From a virus (Duplodnaviria; Caudoviricetes), in the IMG/VR virus record IMGVR_UViG_3300037422_000161, positions 1-36,807 of that record: a DNA stretch of 36,807 nucleotides; one strand, given 5' to 3'. A program made the position numbers and the translations under genes. Below, in pieces: positions 16,973 to 25,936 of the stretch. Within the stretch, counting starts at the first letter, position 1, and each line of letters begins with the position of its first letter. The notes under the pieces were generated by a model. That model was given only the letters and a program-made list of their open reading frames with translations, had not been told where the DNA came from and made no database searches.

Positions 16973-17964
16973 GCAACGTCGTCCAGGAGCCGGGATTCGA
17001 GGACTCGGCGCCGTGGCAGCTGTTCAGCAACGCGAGCATCGGCGGCGCGGAGGGCGTGCACGGCGGAGCCGCGGCGCTCGTGCTCCCGATCTTTCGCACG
17101 GCCGGCGGCATCGTCGCCCAGGGCGAGGGGCGGCAGTCCGTGACGCTCGTCCCTGGGCTGGCCTACCAGGGGCTCGCGGCCTGGGTCAAGTGGAAAGGCG
17201 GCAGCACCTACCCGCTGAGGTTCCAGCTCGACGACGGCAGCGGGATCCTCTCCACGGTGCTCACGGTCCCGACGTCGGACATGCCCGAGGACACGTTCAC
17301 GCGGGTCCAGGTCGTCGGGACGCACCTGGCGGTCGGGGCCGCGGGGCGCGTCTCGTGGCTCGGGTTCCCCGCCGCGGGGCAGTCGGCATTCGAGGTCACG
17401 ACGTGGGTCGTGGACGACGTCGAGCTCGACGACGGCAGCGTCGTCCCGTCACCGGAGGACGTCGTGGCGTTTCGTAAGTGGCTCGTGGCCGAGCGGCTGC
17501 GCGACAAGCTGCTGACGATCCAGGGGGCGGGGGCGGGCTACTGGACCACGCTGGGCGATCGCGTGTTCTACAACCTAATCTATCCGCACGAGGACGGCGC
17601 GCCGCGCGACCCGTACGTCTGCATCCCCTTCGACGGCAGCGCGGGCCCGCTCCCGGTGATGGAGCATCGGTCGCTCAAGCTGACCTGGCCGCAGCCGATC
17701 TACGCCTTCGCTCCCAACCCCAACGAGGAACTGCTCGACCGCTCCGGCGAGCTCGCGCGCCGCACCGCGGACCTCGAGGACGACCTGGTGCGCGCGCTGA
17801 TGAGCCCCGACGTGGCCTTCGGCGACCTCGTCAAGGACAGCCGCCTGCTCCCGATCGTCCCGCACGCCGGCGAGGATCCGGAGTTCCACTGGGGTCAGGT
17901 CAACGCGGTCGTGGAGTTCGACGCAATCGTGCAGCACTCCAATCTCGGCCCGGGAGGTGTTTGA
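16969..17964 (+). CDS. Tail terminator-like protein with N-terminal carbohydrate-binding-like domain
   Basis: N-terminal VVQEPGFED...VVDDVEL jelly-roll-like pattern; C-terminal LRDKLLTIQG.G.GYWT...DLEDDLVRAL. Confidence 0.55.
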   Translation: MSNVVQEPGFEDSAPWQLFSNASIGGAEGVHGGAAALVLPIFRTAGGIVAQGEGRQSVTLVPGLAYQGLAAWVKWKGGSTYPLRFQLDDGSGILSTVLTVPTSDMPEDTFTRVQVVGTHLAVGAAGRVSWLGFPAAGQSAFEVTTWVVDDVELDDGSVVPSPEDVVAFRKWLVAERLRDKLLTIQGAGAGYWTTLGDRVFYNLIYPHEDGAPRDPYVCIPFDGSAGPLPVMEHRSLKLTWPQPIYAFAPNPNEELLDRSGELARRTADLEDDLVRALMSPDVAFGDLVKDSRLLPIVPHAGEDPEFHWGQVNAVVEFDAIVQHSNLGPGGV

Positions 17965-18354
17965 AGTAGCGCGCAACGGATAGAGCTCGTCGCCTCCGCG
18001 CCGAAGACCGCGAGCGGAGAAAGCGACTCCCGCAAAGTCTCGACCGTCTCGATGCTGTTCGTCGGCATCGACATCACCGCCTACGCCGGAGGCGCCGGCT
18101 TCACCGCCTGGCTTCAGGGCTCCGACGACGGCGGGACCACCTGGTACGACCTGCTCGCAGACCAAGTGCTGCCCTCGACGGGCGTCGAGGTCGGCGGCAC
18201 ACCCGCAACGAACGTCCGCGACATCTGCGACGACGCCGCGGCGGCCGGCAAGTTCTCGGCCGTCTACAAGCACATCCCGACCGACTACATCCGCCTCGCC
18301 TGGGACCTCGACGGCACGAGCGTGACGTTCAGCAGCTCGGCCGTCGGGAAGTAG
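17965..18354 (+). CDS. Beta-rich structural protein; predicted AGT start
   Basis: GGAGG-tgtttga-AGT gives xSAQRIELVASAPKTASGES...LQGSDDGGTTWYDL...YIRLAW; ATG 18052 has no SD. Confidence 0.72.
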   Translation, partial: SSAQRIELVASAPKTASGESDSRKVSTVSMLFVGIDITAYAGGAGFTAWLQGSDDGGTTWYDLLADQVLPSTGVEVGGTPATNVRDICDDAAAAGKFSAVYKHIPTDYIRLAWDLDGTSVTFSSSAVGK

Positions 18355-18372
18355 GGTGCAGAGGAGACACGC

Positions 18373-18651
18373 ATGCGCATGCTGAAGTTCGGCGGCCCGA
18401 ATCTCCCAGAAGGCACGAGCACCTGGTACGACACGCCGAGCCCCGCGAAGAAGGGCGAGTACGTCCAGGTGCGTGCGGAGCCCGGGCTGATCGTGCCCGC
18501 GGACCACGTCATGAAGTTCGCCGGCGCCGACGAGCGCGGCGCGGCGAAGCTCGAGCCCAACGCGGACTACTACGTCGCGAGCGGACGCGCCGAGTTCGCG
18601 GAGGAGAGCGCGCCGGCGTCAGCCCCCGCGCGCGCGAAGCCCAAGGAGTGA
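18373..18651 (+). CDS. Hypothetical tail-region protein
   Basis: GAGGAG SD and ATG. Confidence 0.65.
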   Translation: MRMLKFGGPNLPEGTSTWYDTPSPAKKGEYVQVRAEPGLIVPADHVMKFAGADERGAAKLEPNADYYVASGRAEFAEESAPASAPARAKPKE

Positions 18652-18707
18652 TCGAGCCGAGGTAGTGACCGACAACCCGTGCCGGCGCGCCCGGCGAGGA
18701 GGAACAG

Positions 18708-19238
18708 ATGGCTCTCGACGCAACCAAAATCATGGTGGGCGCCGGTGTGTTCTCGATCGGTGACTGGGTGACCGCGGGCGGGCCGGGGACGCTCGTCGAC
18801 GTCGGCCACATCAAGAGCCCGTTCGAGCTCGCGGCGTCCTTCGACAACTTCGACATCGAGACGGAGCGGCTGCAGGGGATCCTGGACCACCGTCCGACGA
18901 AGACCGACTACACGCTGAAGGTCGCGTTCCACCAGGCCGAGGTCGAGTGGCTCCGCATCGCACTCGCGCAGCCGGCGACGAACAAGAGCGGCACCGGCGC
19001 CAACCTCACGCTGCTGGTCGGCGAGCGCGCGAACCTGGACCACCAGGCGACGCTCGTGACCGCGGGCCCCGGGACGACGGGCGTGCGGACGCTGACATTC
19101 TGGCGGCTGAAGCTGATGTCGGTCGAGGCGATCCAGGTGGGCAAGGGGGTCGAGCAGCTCTACATCGCGACCTTCCGAGTGAAGCACGATCCGACGCTCT
19201 CGACCGCGGACAAGAACTGGAAGCAGGTCGACGCGTAG
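18708..19238 (+). CDS. Major tail tube protein
   Basis: GAGGAGG SD; MALDATKIMVGAG...LVDVGHIK; size and position before chaperone and tape measure. Confidence 0.75.
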   Translation: MALDATKIMVGAGVFSIGDWVTAGGPGTLVDVGHIKSPFELAASFDNFDIETERLQGILDHRPTKTDYTLKVAFHQAEVEWLRIALAQPATNKSGTGANLTLLVGERANLDHQATLVTAGPGTTGVRTLTFWRLKLMSVEAIQVGKGVEQLYIATFRVKHDPTLSTADKNWKQVDA

Positions 19239-19241
19239 GCC

Positions 19242-19270
19242 GACCGGGCGCGGAACACGCCGCGCCGGTC
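19242..19270 (+). terminator. Hairpin after the tail tube gene
   Basis: GACCGGGCGCGG-AACACG-CCGCGCCGGTC (one bulge). Confidence 0.4.
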
Positions 19271-19283
19271 AGCGGATCACCAG

Positions 19284-19919
19284 GTGAGCGCCAGGAGCTT
19301 CATCCGACACCGCCGGCCCCTCCGTCACGAGGGCCGGCGATACGTCGTTCGCGGTCCGACCTACGCGACCGTGTGGGCGCTCGTAGCCGCGTACCCGGTC
19401 GAGGTCGCGGGCATGGCCGCGGCGCACCTCGCCCACCCTGGAGCGGTCACGGTCGAGTCGGCGCTGGGCCTGCTCGTCCCGGCCCGAGGCGACCGCCGCG
19501 CCGTGGACGTCCTCACTACCTGCGTCGAGACGGAGGCCGACCCGGCGACGTGGCCACTCCGCACCCTCGCGCTCGCGATGCTCGGGCTCTGCGATCTCGG
19601 GGCGATCATCGCCCACGTCGGGATCGAGCGTCTGGCGGCGATTGCGGAAGCGGAAGGAACGACCGCGCGGGCCGAGGGAGGGCCGGACGAGGACGGCCGC
19701 GACGGCGCGACCGCGATCCTGGAGATCGCCAGGCTCTTCGGCTGCTCGCCCATGGACGTCATGGACTGGCCGTACGAGGCCGTGATGGTCGCGCTCGACG
19801 TGCTCCCGGACATGCTCGGCCGCGGCGGCGAGCCGGAGGACGGGTCGGGCCACAGCCCGGAGTTCATGCGCATGCTCCGCGAGATGGCGCGCAAGCCGCC
19901 GACGAAGCCGGAGGCCTGA
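19284..19919 (+). CDS. Probable tail assembly chaperone
   Basis: Between tube and tape measure; IARLFGCSPMDVMDWPYE resembles gpT-like tails. Confidence 0.6.
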   Translation: MSARSFIRHRRPLRHEGRRYVVRGPTYATVWALVAAYPVEVAGMAAAHLAHPGAVTVESALGLLVPARGDRRAVDVLTTCVETEADPATWPLRTLALAMLGLCDLGAIIAHVGIERLAAIAEAEGTTARAEGGPDEDGRDGATAILEIARLFGCSPMDVMDWPYEAVMVALDVLPDMLGRGGEPEDGSGHSPEFMRMLREMARKPPTKPEA

Positions 19920-19920
19920 C

Positions 19921-22113
19921 GTGGCCGACCTGACTGTCCGCGGCGTGATCGAGTTCCTGCTAAAGGGCACGGGACTGAAGCAGGCGAAGGAAGGGCTCGA
20001 AGGCGCCGAGAAGGCGGCGAAGAAGACCGGGCAGGAGATCAGCCGGACGACGAAGGTCGCGGCTGGACTCGAACGGCAGTTCTTCCGGATCTTCGGCGGC
20101 GCCGCGCTCCTGGCGTTCGGCCGCGCCGCGGTGACTGAGTTCGCGAAGGTCGAGCGTGGCCTGGGCGTGCTGCGCGAGCAGATGACGGCGCTCGGGATCG
20201 ACGCCGCCGTGCAGCTCCCGCGGGTCCGCGCGTTCCTCGAGGCGATCGAGGCCGGCGGCGGCGCGCTGCTGGCCGACACGATCCCGGCCTTCGCCCGGCT
20301 GCTCCGCGTTACGAAGGACGTAGACGCCGCACTCGCGGGGACGAAGCTCGCGGCGGATATCTCGGAGGCGGGATTCCAGACGGCCTCGAGCGCGGCCGAG
20401 ACTCTCGCGAACCTGATGCAGGGGCGGGCCAGGATGGCCGCGCAGTCCCTCGGCATCGAGCTAAGGAAACTCAACGGCGAGCAGAAGACCAACGCCGAGC
20501 TGATCGACGAGGTGATCACGCTCTACTCGGGGATGACGGAGCGGCTCCGCGACACGCAGGACGGACTGGACAAGAGCGCCGCCGCGTGGGCATCCGTCAA
20601 GCGGGCGGTAGGGGAGGCTCTTGGAGAGATTGCCGGCGTCGGAGACGTACTCCTGAAGGTCGTGCAGAGCATCCTGCCGGCTCTGCAGCTGACCTGGCAT
20701 TCCGTGGCCGGGACGCTACTCGGCATCGGGCGCGCCGCGCGGGTCGCGCTCGACCCCCGCAGCTGGTTCGCTCCCGACTTCGCAGACGTGGTCGGGGCGG
20801 CCTTCCGCTCCGGCTTCGACCAGGTCGCGCCAGAAGCAGAGGCCGCCCAGGAGATCCTGAGCGAGATATGGAAGAGGGGCGCGGCGTCCGCCGTGCAGAC
20901 CGAGGAGAAGAAGCAGGCAGGTCTCGCCAAGCTCCGAGACCAGGCGATGCGCGCCGCGATGGCCGAGGACGAGAAGGCCGCCGCAGAGAAGGCGGCCAAG
21001 GAACGCGAGCGCGCCGAGAAGCTCGCGGCCGAGCGCACCGAGTTCGAGCGCCGGGTGCAGGACGACATTCTCCGCGTGCGACTGGAGGCCGCGGCGGACG
21101 GCTCCGCCGAGGAGCTGCAGCTCCAGCGTGAGCTGCTCGATCGCGCGCGCGACGTCGCGGTCGCGGAGGCCATCCGGCTGGGCGCCGACGTCAACGCGGT
21201 CAACGAGCAGTTCCGGCTCGCCGACGAGCTGCTGCAGGACGAGTCGCTCGACCGCTCGCTCGAGAAGCAACGCGAAGCCGCGGAGCGCGTCGCGGAGTTC
21301 TCGGCGCGGGTCCAGGCCGGGATCCTCGAGGACGAGATCCGCCGCGCCGAGGAGGCCGGCGAGGAGTCGCTCGCGCTCCGGCTGGAACAGCTCGAGCGGG
21401 AGATGGAGCAGGAGCTCGCGGAGGCCGACCGGCTCGGGGCCGACCGCCACGCCGTCCGCCTGAAGTGGGAGAGGCGCGCGACGGCGCTCGAGCAGTCCGA
21501 GGAGCAGAAGCGCACTCAGGCCGCCAAGCTCGCGGCCAACGCGCGGGTGCAGATGATCGCGACCGCGGCCACCGCGGGCCTGACGGCCGCGTCCGCGCTC
21601 TTCGGTGAGCACAAGGCGTTCGCGATCGCGCAGGCGATCATCGACACCTGGGCCGCGGTCAACAACGCGCTCGCGACCGTGCCCTACCCGGCCAACATCG
21701 CCGCGGCGGCGCTGATCGCCGCCCAGGGGCTGGCGAACGTCGCGCGGATCCGCGAGACCACGAAGGGAGGCGGCGCCTCGGCCGAATCGGGGGCCTCGGC
21801 GCCCTCCGGCTTCGACGACCCGGTCAACGACCGCGCGGCGCGCCTCGGCGGCCGCCGCTGGGCCGACGACATGCTGCGGCACGTGTCCAGCGGGTTCAAC
21901 GAGCGGCTGGGCAGCATGACGGTCGCGCCGCAGCCGGCGGGAGCGGCCGCGTCGATCCCCGGCGGTGGTTCTCCGGTCGTGCCGCAGGCCTCCGACCAGG
22001 TGCGCTCGGTGCACTTCAACGGCCCGGTGTTCGGCGGCCGGCCCGGCATGCGCCGCTTCGTGCGCATGATCGAGGGCGTGCGCCGCGGCGACCGGGGCCG
22101 GAGGATGCGGTGA
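19921..22113 (+). CDS. Tail tape measure protein
   Basis: 730 aa Ala/Glu-rich helical protein; KAFAIAQAIIDTW..V.NALA..PYPANIAAAA motif; GGAGG SD. Confidence 0.88.
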   Translation: MADLTVRGVIEFLLKGTGLKQAKEGLEGAEKAAKKTGQEISRTTKVAAGLERQFFRIFGGAALLAFGRAAVTEFAKVERGLGVLREQMTALGIDAAVQLPRVRAFLEAIEAGGGALLADTIPAFARLLRVTKDVDAALAGTKLAADISEAGFQTASSAAETLANLMQGRARMAAQSLGIELRKLNGEQKTNAELIDEVITLYSGMTERLRDTQDGLDKSAAAWASVKRAVGEALGEIAGVGDVLLKVVQSILPALQLTWHSVAGTLLGIGRAARVALDPRSWFAPDFADVVGAAFRSGFDQVAPEAEAAQEILSEIWKRGAASAVQTEEKKQAGLAKLRDQAMRAAMAEDEKAAAEKAAKERERAEKLAAERTEFERRVQDDILRVRLEAAADGSAEELQLQRELLDRARDVAVAEAIRLGADVNAVNEQFRLADELLQDESLDRSLEKQREAAERVAEFSARVQAGILEDEIRRAEEAGEESLALRLEQLEREMEQELAEADRLGADRHAVRLKWERRATALEQSEEQKRTQAAKLAANARVQMIATAATAGLTAASALFGEHKAFAIAQAIIDTWAAVNNALATVPYPANIAAAALIAAQGLANVARIRETTKGGGASAESGASAPSGFDDPVNDRAARLGGRRWADDMLRHVSSGFNERLGSMTVAPQPAGAAASIPGGGSPVVPQASDQVRSVHFNGPVFGGRPGMRRFVRMIEGVRRGDRGRRMR

Positions 22114-24545
22114 ATGGCCAGTCCTGGCGAATCGCAGGCGCGATCGTGCTGAGCGTCGGAACCATCGTGGTCGAGATCACGATGCCCGACGGCACCGTGC
22201 TCGACGTGTCCGACCGGACCTCGCTCGACGACATCGGCAGCATTTCGGAGACGCTCGAGGACGACCTGCTCGTCCTCACGCACGGCGACCTCGACCTGGT
22301 GCTGTACGACCAGGACGGCAGCCTGGCGACGATGCTCCGCGAGAGCAGCCGCGACGAGACGTGGGAACTCCACGTGCGCCGCTACAACGGCCTGCGCCGG
22401 ATTAAGTGGGACCTGCTCTTCGCCGGCATCCTCGACACGCCGGTCACGGTCGAGATCGACCGCAAACAACGCACCGTGGGCGTCCAGGCGTTCTCATTCT
22501 CGAAGCTGCTGGAACGCGTCGACGTCGAGGCGCTGCGGCGGGACGCAGGCCACGCCTTCCCCGACATACTCGCGGGTCAGAAGGCCAACGCGACCGCCGG
22601 CACCCACCAGGTTGACCTCGAGCCCGGGTACTCACTGGCTTCCGAGGCGAATCGGTCACTGAGGAATGGCGACAGGATCGTGCTCGACGACGGCACGAAT
22701 CGCGAAGAGCACGTCGTGCACAACAACCAGTCCAACGACGTCTTCAGCACGCACCTCTACACACTCGAGCCCATCGAGAACACCTACGTTGGCGCCAGCA
22801 TCGAGCTCCTGACCCCGTGGCCGTGGCACCAGACGGTCCGCGAGATCGCCGAGGCGCTCCTCGGATCGCTCGGGATAGACGTCGAGATCGACCTCGACAA
22901 CGCCGAGGCGCGGGTCCCGTTCGCGTCGGGGTTCGATAACGCGGGGTTGTTCGGCACGAGCCTCGGATTCAACGCGCTGCTGCCCCGCGCGTCGCTGACC
23001 GACACGCAAGTGCTGCGCGCGTGGATGGCCGGCCTCCCGCAAGACGCGGACTCGCCGTCGTCCGGGTTCGAGATCGCGGGCGGGTCCGCGACCGCGCAGG
23101 GAGATTGGACGCCGTACCTGGCGAGCGAGCCGGTCTCCCTCGAGACCGTGCCTACCGAGGTGCAGGGCGGCGGGGCGCTGGGCCGACTCGGTGGCGGGCA
23201 CGTCGGCGACGACGTGCAGCTCAACCTCACGCCTGTCAGCTACGACGACCTCGACTGGGTCGCAGCCTACGACCACGAAGGTGGATTCACCTACACGCTG
23301 CGCCAGCGCCACGCCCTGGTCACCAACGACCCGCAGATCAGGCTGTACCGCGACGGAACGCTCGTGGTCGGCGTCGCGAGCGCGGCCGGAAACACGCCGG
23401 ATCAGTTCCACGCGGCGTACCTCGACTGGTTCGAGCGCTCGGCCCATGGATTCACGGACGACATCGCGGTCGTCTCCACGCAGGCGCACGACGGGACGCG
23501 CAACCTCCACGTCGTCAACCTCGGCGCCGGGACGTCGCACACGATCGTCACCGGGGACGGCGGCGGCGGGGGAGGCGTTCGCACGCTCGGCGACCGGGGC
23601 CAGGTCGCGGTCCAGCAGGCCGCCACGGACGACCTGAACCAGCCGAACATCCCCGCCACGATCGGCTTCTGGCAGCCGGCCGCGGACGGCACCTACCTGA
23701 CGCTCGACCGCACGATCGCGGGCCAACCGGCCATGCAGATGTGGACGATGCGCAGCTTCGGCGACTTCATCGCCTGTATGTACCTCGCCGGCGCGCCGAC
23801 ACCGGCCAGCTCCACGGGTTTTCAGAAGCGCGCGACGCGCTGCCGGGTCTGGCGCTGGGACACGCTCGAGCAGGTCTCGGACTTCGAGGTCGCGCCCTAC
23901 GCGCACCCGCAGATGTACGCCACGCGGGTCACGATCGCTGGGATCCCATCGCTCGTGCTGGCGGTCAACCGCTACATGTCGGTACTGTGCACGAGCTTCG
24001 TCGGCACCGTGCCGTACATCAACTTCGACGATATCTCGGCCGAGAGAGCGCTGCGCGACGTCGCAGTGCTGTCCTTGGCCTACCTCCACGTCTCTCCCGA
24101 CAAGACCGCGCGGATCATCGCCCGCGCGAGCGAGTCCGGAGCCGAGCACGACCTGGACCACGAGAGCCTGATCGAGGACCTCGAGCTGCCGTTGACCGGG
24201 TCGTTCGCGGAGTCGATCGAGGTCCAGGGACGTGACAGCTCGGGCGCCGAGTTCACGGTCGTGGTCCCGCGGGGCTCGCACGACTCGGCCCACCGGGTCT
24301 CGATCGAGTCGAGCCTGATCCGTGACGCCGGTCTCGGCGAGTCGATGGGCGCGGCCTACTACGACCTCCTCGGCGGGGCGCGGGGCGAGCGCCAGATCGA
24401 GGCCGAGCTGCGACCCGGGGCCCCGATCCGCGCGATCGACCGGGTCATCCTCGAGGGCCACCGCTACCGGCCGGTGTCGGTCGAGACCGACCTGGACCGC
24501 GAGATCCAGGCGGTGCGGCTCGTCGAGATCCTGGCGGACCAGTGA
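22110..24545 (+). CDS. Large tail tip/hub protein
   Basis: GTGA-coupled to tape measure; 811 aa beta-rich. Confidence 0.65.
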   Translation: MNGQSWRIAGAIVLSVGTIVVEITMPDGTVLDVSDRTSLDDIGSISETLEDDLLVLTHGDLDLVLYDQDGSLATMLRESSRDETWELHVRRYNGLRRIKWDLLFAGILDTPVTVEIDRKQRTVGVQAFSFSKLLERVDVEALRRDAGHAFPDILAGQKANATAGTHQVDLEPGYSLASEANRSLRNGDRIVLDDGTNREEHVVHNNQSNDVFSTHLYTLEPIENTYVGASIELLTPWPWHQTVREIAEALLGSLGIDVEIDLDNAEARVPFASGFDNAGLFGTSLGFNALLPRASLTDTQVLRAWMAGLPQDADSPSSGFEIAGGSATAQGDWTPYLASEPVSLETVPTEVQGGGALGRLGGGHVGDDVQLNLTPVSYDDLDWVAAYDHEGGFTYTLRQRHALVTNDPQIRLYRDGTLVVGVASAAGNTPDQFHAAYLDWFERSAHGFTDDIAVVSTQAHDGTRNLHVVNLGAGTSHTIVTGDGGGGGGVRTLGDRGQVAVQQAATDDLNQPNIPATIGFWQPAADGTYLTLDRTIAGQPAMQMWTMRSFGDFIACMYLAGAPTPASSTGFQKRATRCRVWRWDTLEQVSDFEVAPYAHPQMYATRVTIAGIPSLVLAVNRYMSVLCTSFVGTVPYINFDDISAERALRDVAVLSLAYLHVSPDKTARIIARASESGAEHDLDHESLIEDLELPLTGSFAESIEVQGRDSSGAEFTVVVPRGSHDSAHRVSIESSLIRDAGLGESMGAAYYDLLGGARGERQIEAELRPGAPIRAIDRVILEGHRYRPVSVETDLDREIQAVRLVEILADQ

Positions 24546-24994
24546 GCTACGAGTACCACCCGCTCGTGCGCGTGACGCCGACTGACGGCGCCCCGTGGAC
24601 GCGAGATCTCCGGGAGGCGTTCCGGGACGCCCGTGGCCCGGTGCGCGTGCTCGTCGACTACGACTTCGAGCACGAGGACTACGACGACGTCAATCGGCGT
24701 CGCCGGAGAACGGCGTTCGGCTTTCGCCCGAACGTCCGGCTGACGTTTGACATCGTCAACATCGCGGACCACCCGGCGCTGGCCGAGATCGAGACCGCGC
24801 TCGCGCACCCGACCCACGTCGTCGAGCTGTCGCTCGACGGTGGCCACACCTACCGCAAGGTCGTGATGACGGACGTGTCGTCTCCGCGCGCGCTGGGCGG
24901 GAAGACGATCGTCGGGGCGCGTCACGAGCTGCGCCTCGAATGCGTCGAGCTGCTCGACGAGAAGCCGGCCATGACGGCCGCGGGGGGGTGGTAG
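24542..24994 (+). CDS. Tail protein (distal-tail-like)
   Basis: Coupled start; 150 aa in the tail module. Confidence 0.55.
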   Translation: MSYEYHPLVRVTPTDGAPWTRDLREAFRDARGPVRVLVDYDFEHEDYDDVNRRRRRTAFGFRPNVRLTFDIVNIADHPALAEIETALAHPTHVVELSLDGGHTYRKVVMTDVSSPRALGGKTIVGARHELRLECVELLDEKPAMTAAGGW

Positions 24995-25064
24995 GTGGGA
25001 ACGCGCCGAAATCCACATCGGCAAGGTGGGAATTATGTCGCGTAGCGCTCCCGGGGGGTGGTAG

Positions 25065-25397
25065 GTGGCGACCTTGATCGAGATCAGCGGACAGGTCCTG
25101 CTGCCGAACGGGCAGGGGCTGGCGTCCGGGACCATCACCTACGAGCTGGACGGCAACGCGAAGGACGCGGCCGGCAACAAGATCGTCGGTCGCGGCGTGA
25201 TCCACGTCCCGGACGGCGGAGTGCTGACCGGGGCGGGCTTCACGATCGTCGCGACGGCCGACCTGACGCCGGCCACGCGCAAGTACCGGGCGAGCTACCG
25301 GCTGACCGATGCCGACGGCGCGACGCACGGATTCGAGGAGCAGTGGAGCGTGCCGGCGACGCCGTCGCCGCAGACGATCGGTAGCTTCGCGGTGTGA
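25065..25397 (+). CDS. Tail/baseplate adaptor-like protein, paralog 1
   Basis: ISGQVLLPNG...GNKIVGRGVIHVPDGG; similar to the next gene. Confidence 0.65.
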   Translation: MATLIEISGQVLLPNGQGLASGTITYELDGNAKDAAGNKIVGRGVIHVPDGGVLTGAGFTIVATADLTPATRKYRASYRLTDADGATHGFEEQWSVPATPSPQTIGSFAV

Positions 25398-25414
25398 TGG
25401 GAGCGCGGTGAGCC

Positions 25415-25936
25415 GTGGCGGACGTGACCATCATCGGGAAGGTGCTGCTGCCGAGCGGCGTCGGGCCGCGGTCCGGTCGGATCGTGGCCACGCTCTCCGA
25501 GAACTCGAGCGAGAGCGGCAACAAGCTCGTCGGCCGCAAGGTCTTCCACGTCCCGGACGGCGGAGACCTGGCGCTTGCGAGTCCCGCGGTGGTGCTGCGG
25601 GCCAACGACGGGATGTCGCCCGCGAACACGTTCTACGAGGTCGAGTACAGCCTGGTCGACGCGGACGGGGCGATCTACGCGAAGCGGGAGCTGTGGCAGA
25701 TCAGCGGGTCTGGGACGCAGAGCATCGGCAACATCACGGTGCTGACCGTTCCGCTCGCGCTGATCATCGGCCAGGTGCCGCTGGCGGGGGCGGACTATCC
25801 GGCCGCGACGGTCGACTACCGCGGAGCGCTCAGGAGGCGCAAGCGCGCCGGGCGCGCGGAGGAGATTGCGGCATGCCTTGGGAACTTAGACCTCAGCGTG
25901 TTCACGTGGAAAGAGCTGGCGGACGGCGAGCCATGA
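25415..25936 (+). CDS. Tail/baseplate adaptor-like protein, paralog 2
   Basis: IIGKVLLPSG...GNKLVGRKVFHVPDGG...LRANDGMSPANTFYEV. Confidence 0.65.
   Translation: MADVTIIGKVLLPSGVGPRSGRIVATLSENSSESGNKLVGRKVFHVPDGGDLALASPAVVLRANDGMSPANTFYEVEYSLVDADGAIYAKRELWQISGSGTQSIGNITVLTVPLALIIGQVPLAGADYPAATVDYRGALRRRKRAGRAEEIAACLGNLDLSVFTWKELADGEP

Noticed and set aside
12208-17970. CTG/TTG in (C/T)TGAAGT as the real start codons
   Set aside because: They are out of frame with the structural genes and mostly hit stops at once (CTG AAG TAA, TTG AAG TAG); a +1 frameshift would be needed at every site.
19284-19919. Programmed -1 frameshift in the tail chaperone
   Set aside because: No convincing slippery heptamer seen, and one ORF spans the whole interval to the tape measure gene.
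7192-24461. Long minus-strand ORFs (7192-10005, 12514-15552, 22656-24461)
   Set aside because: Antisense shadows of GC-rich + strand genes with no motifs.
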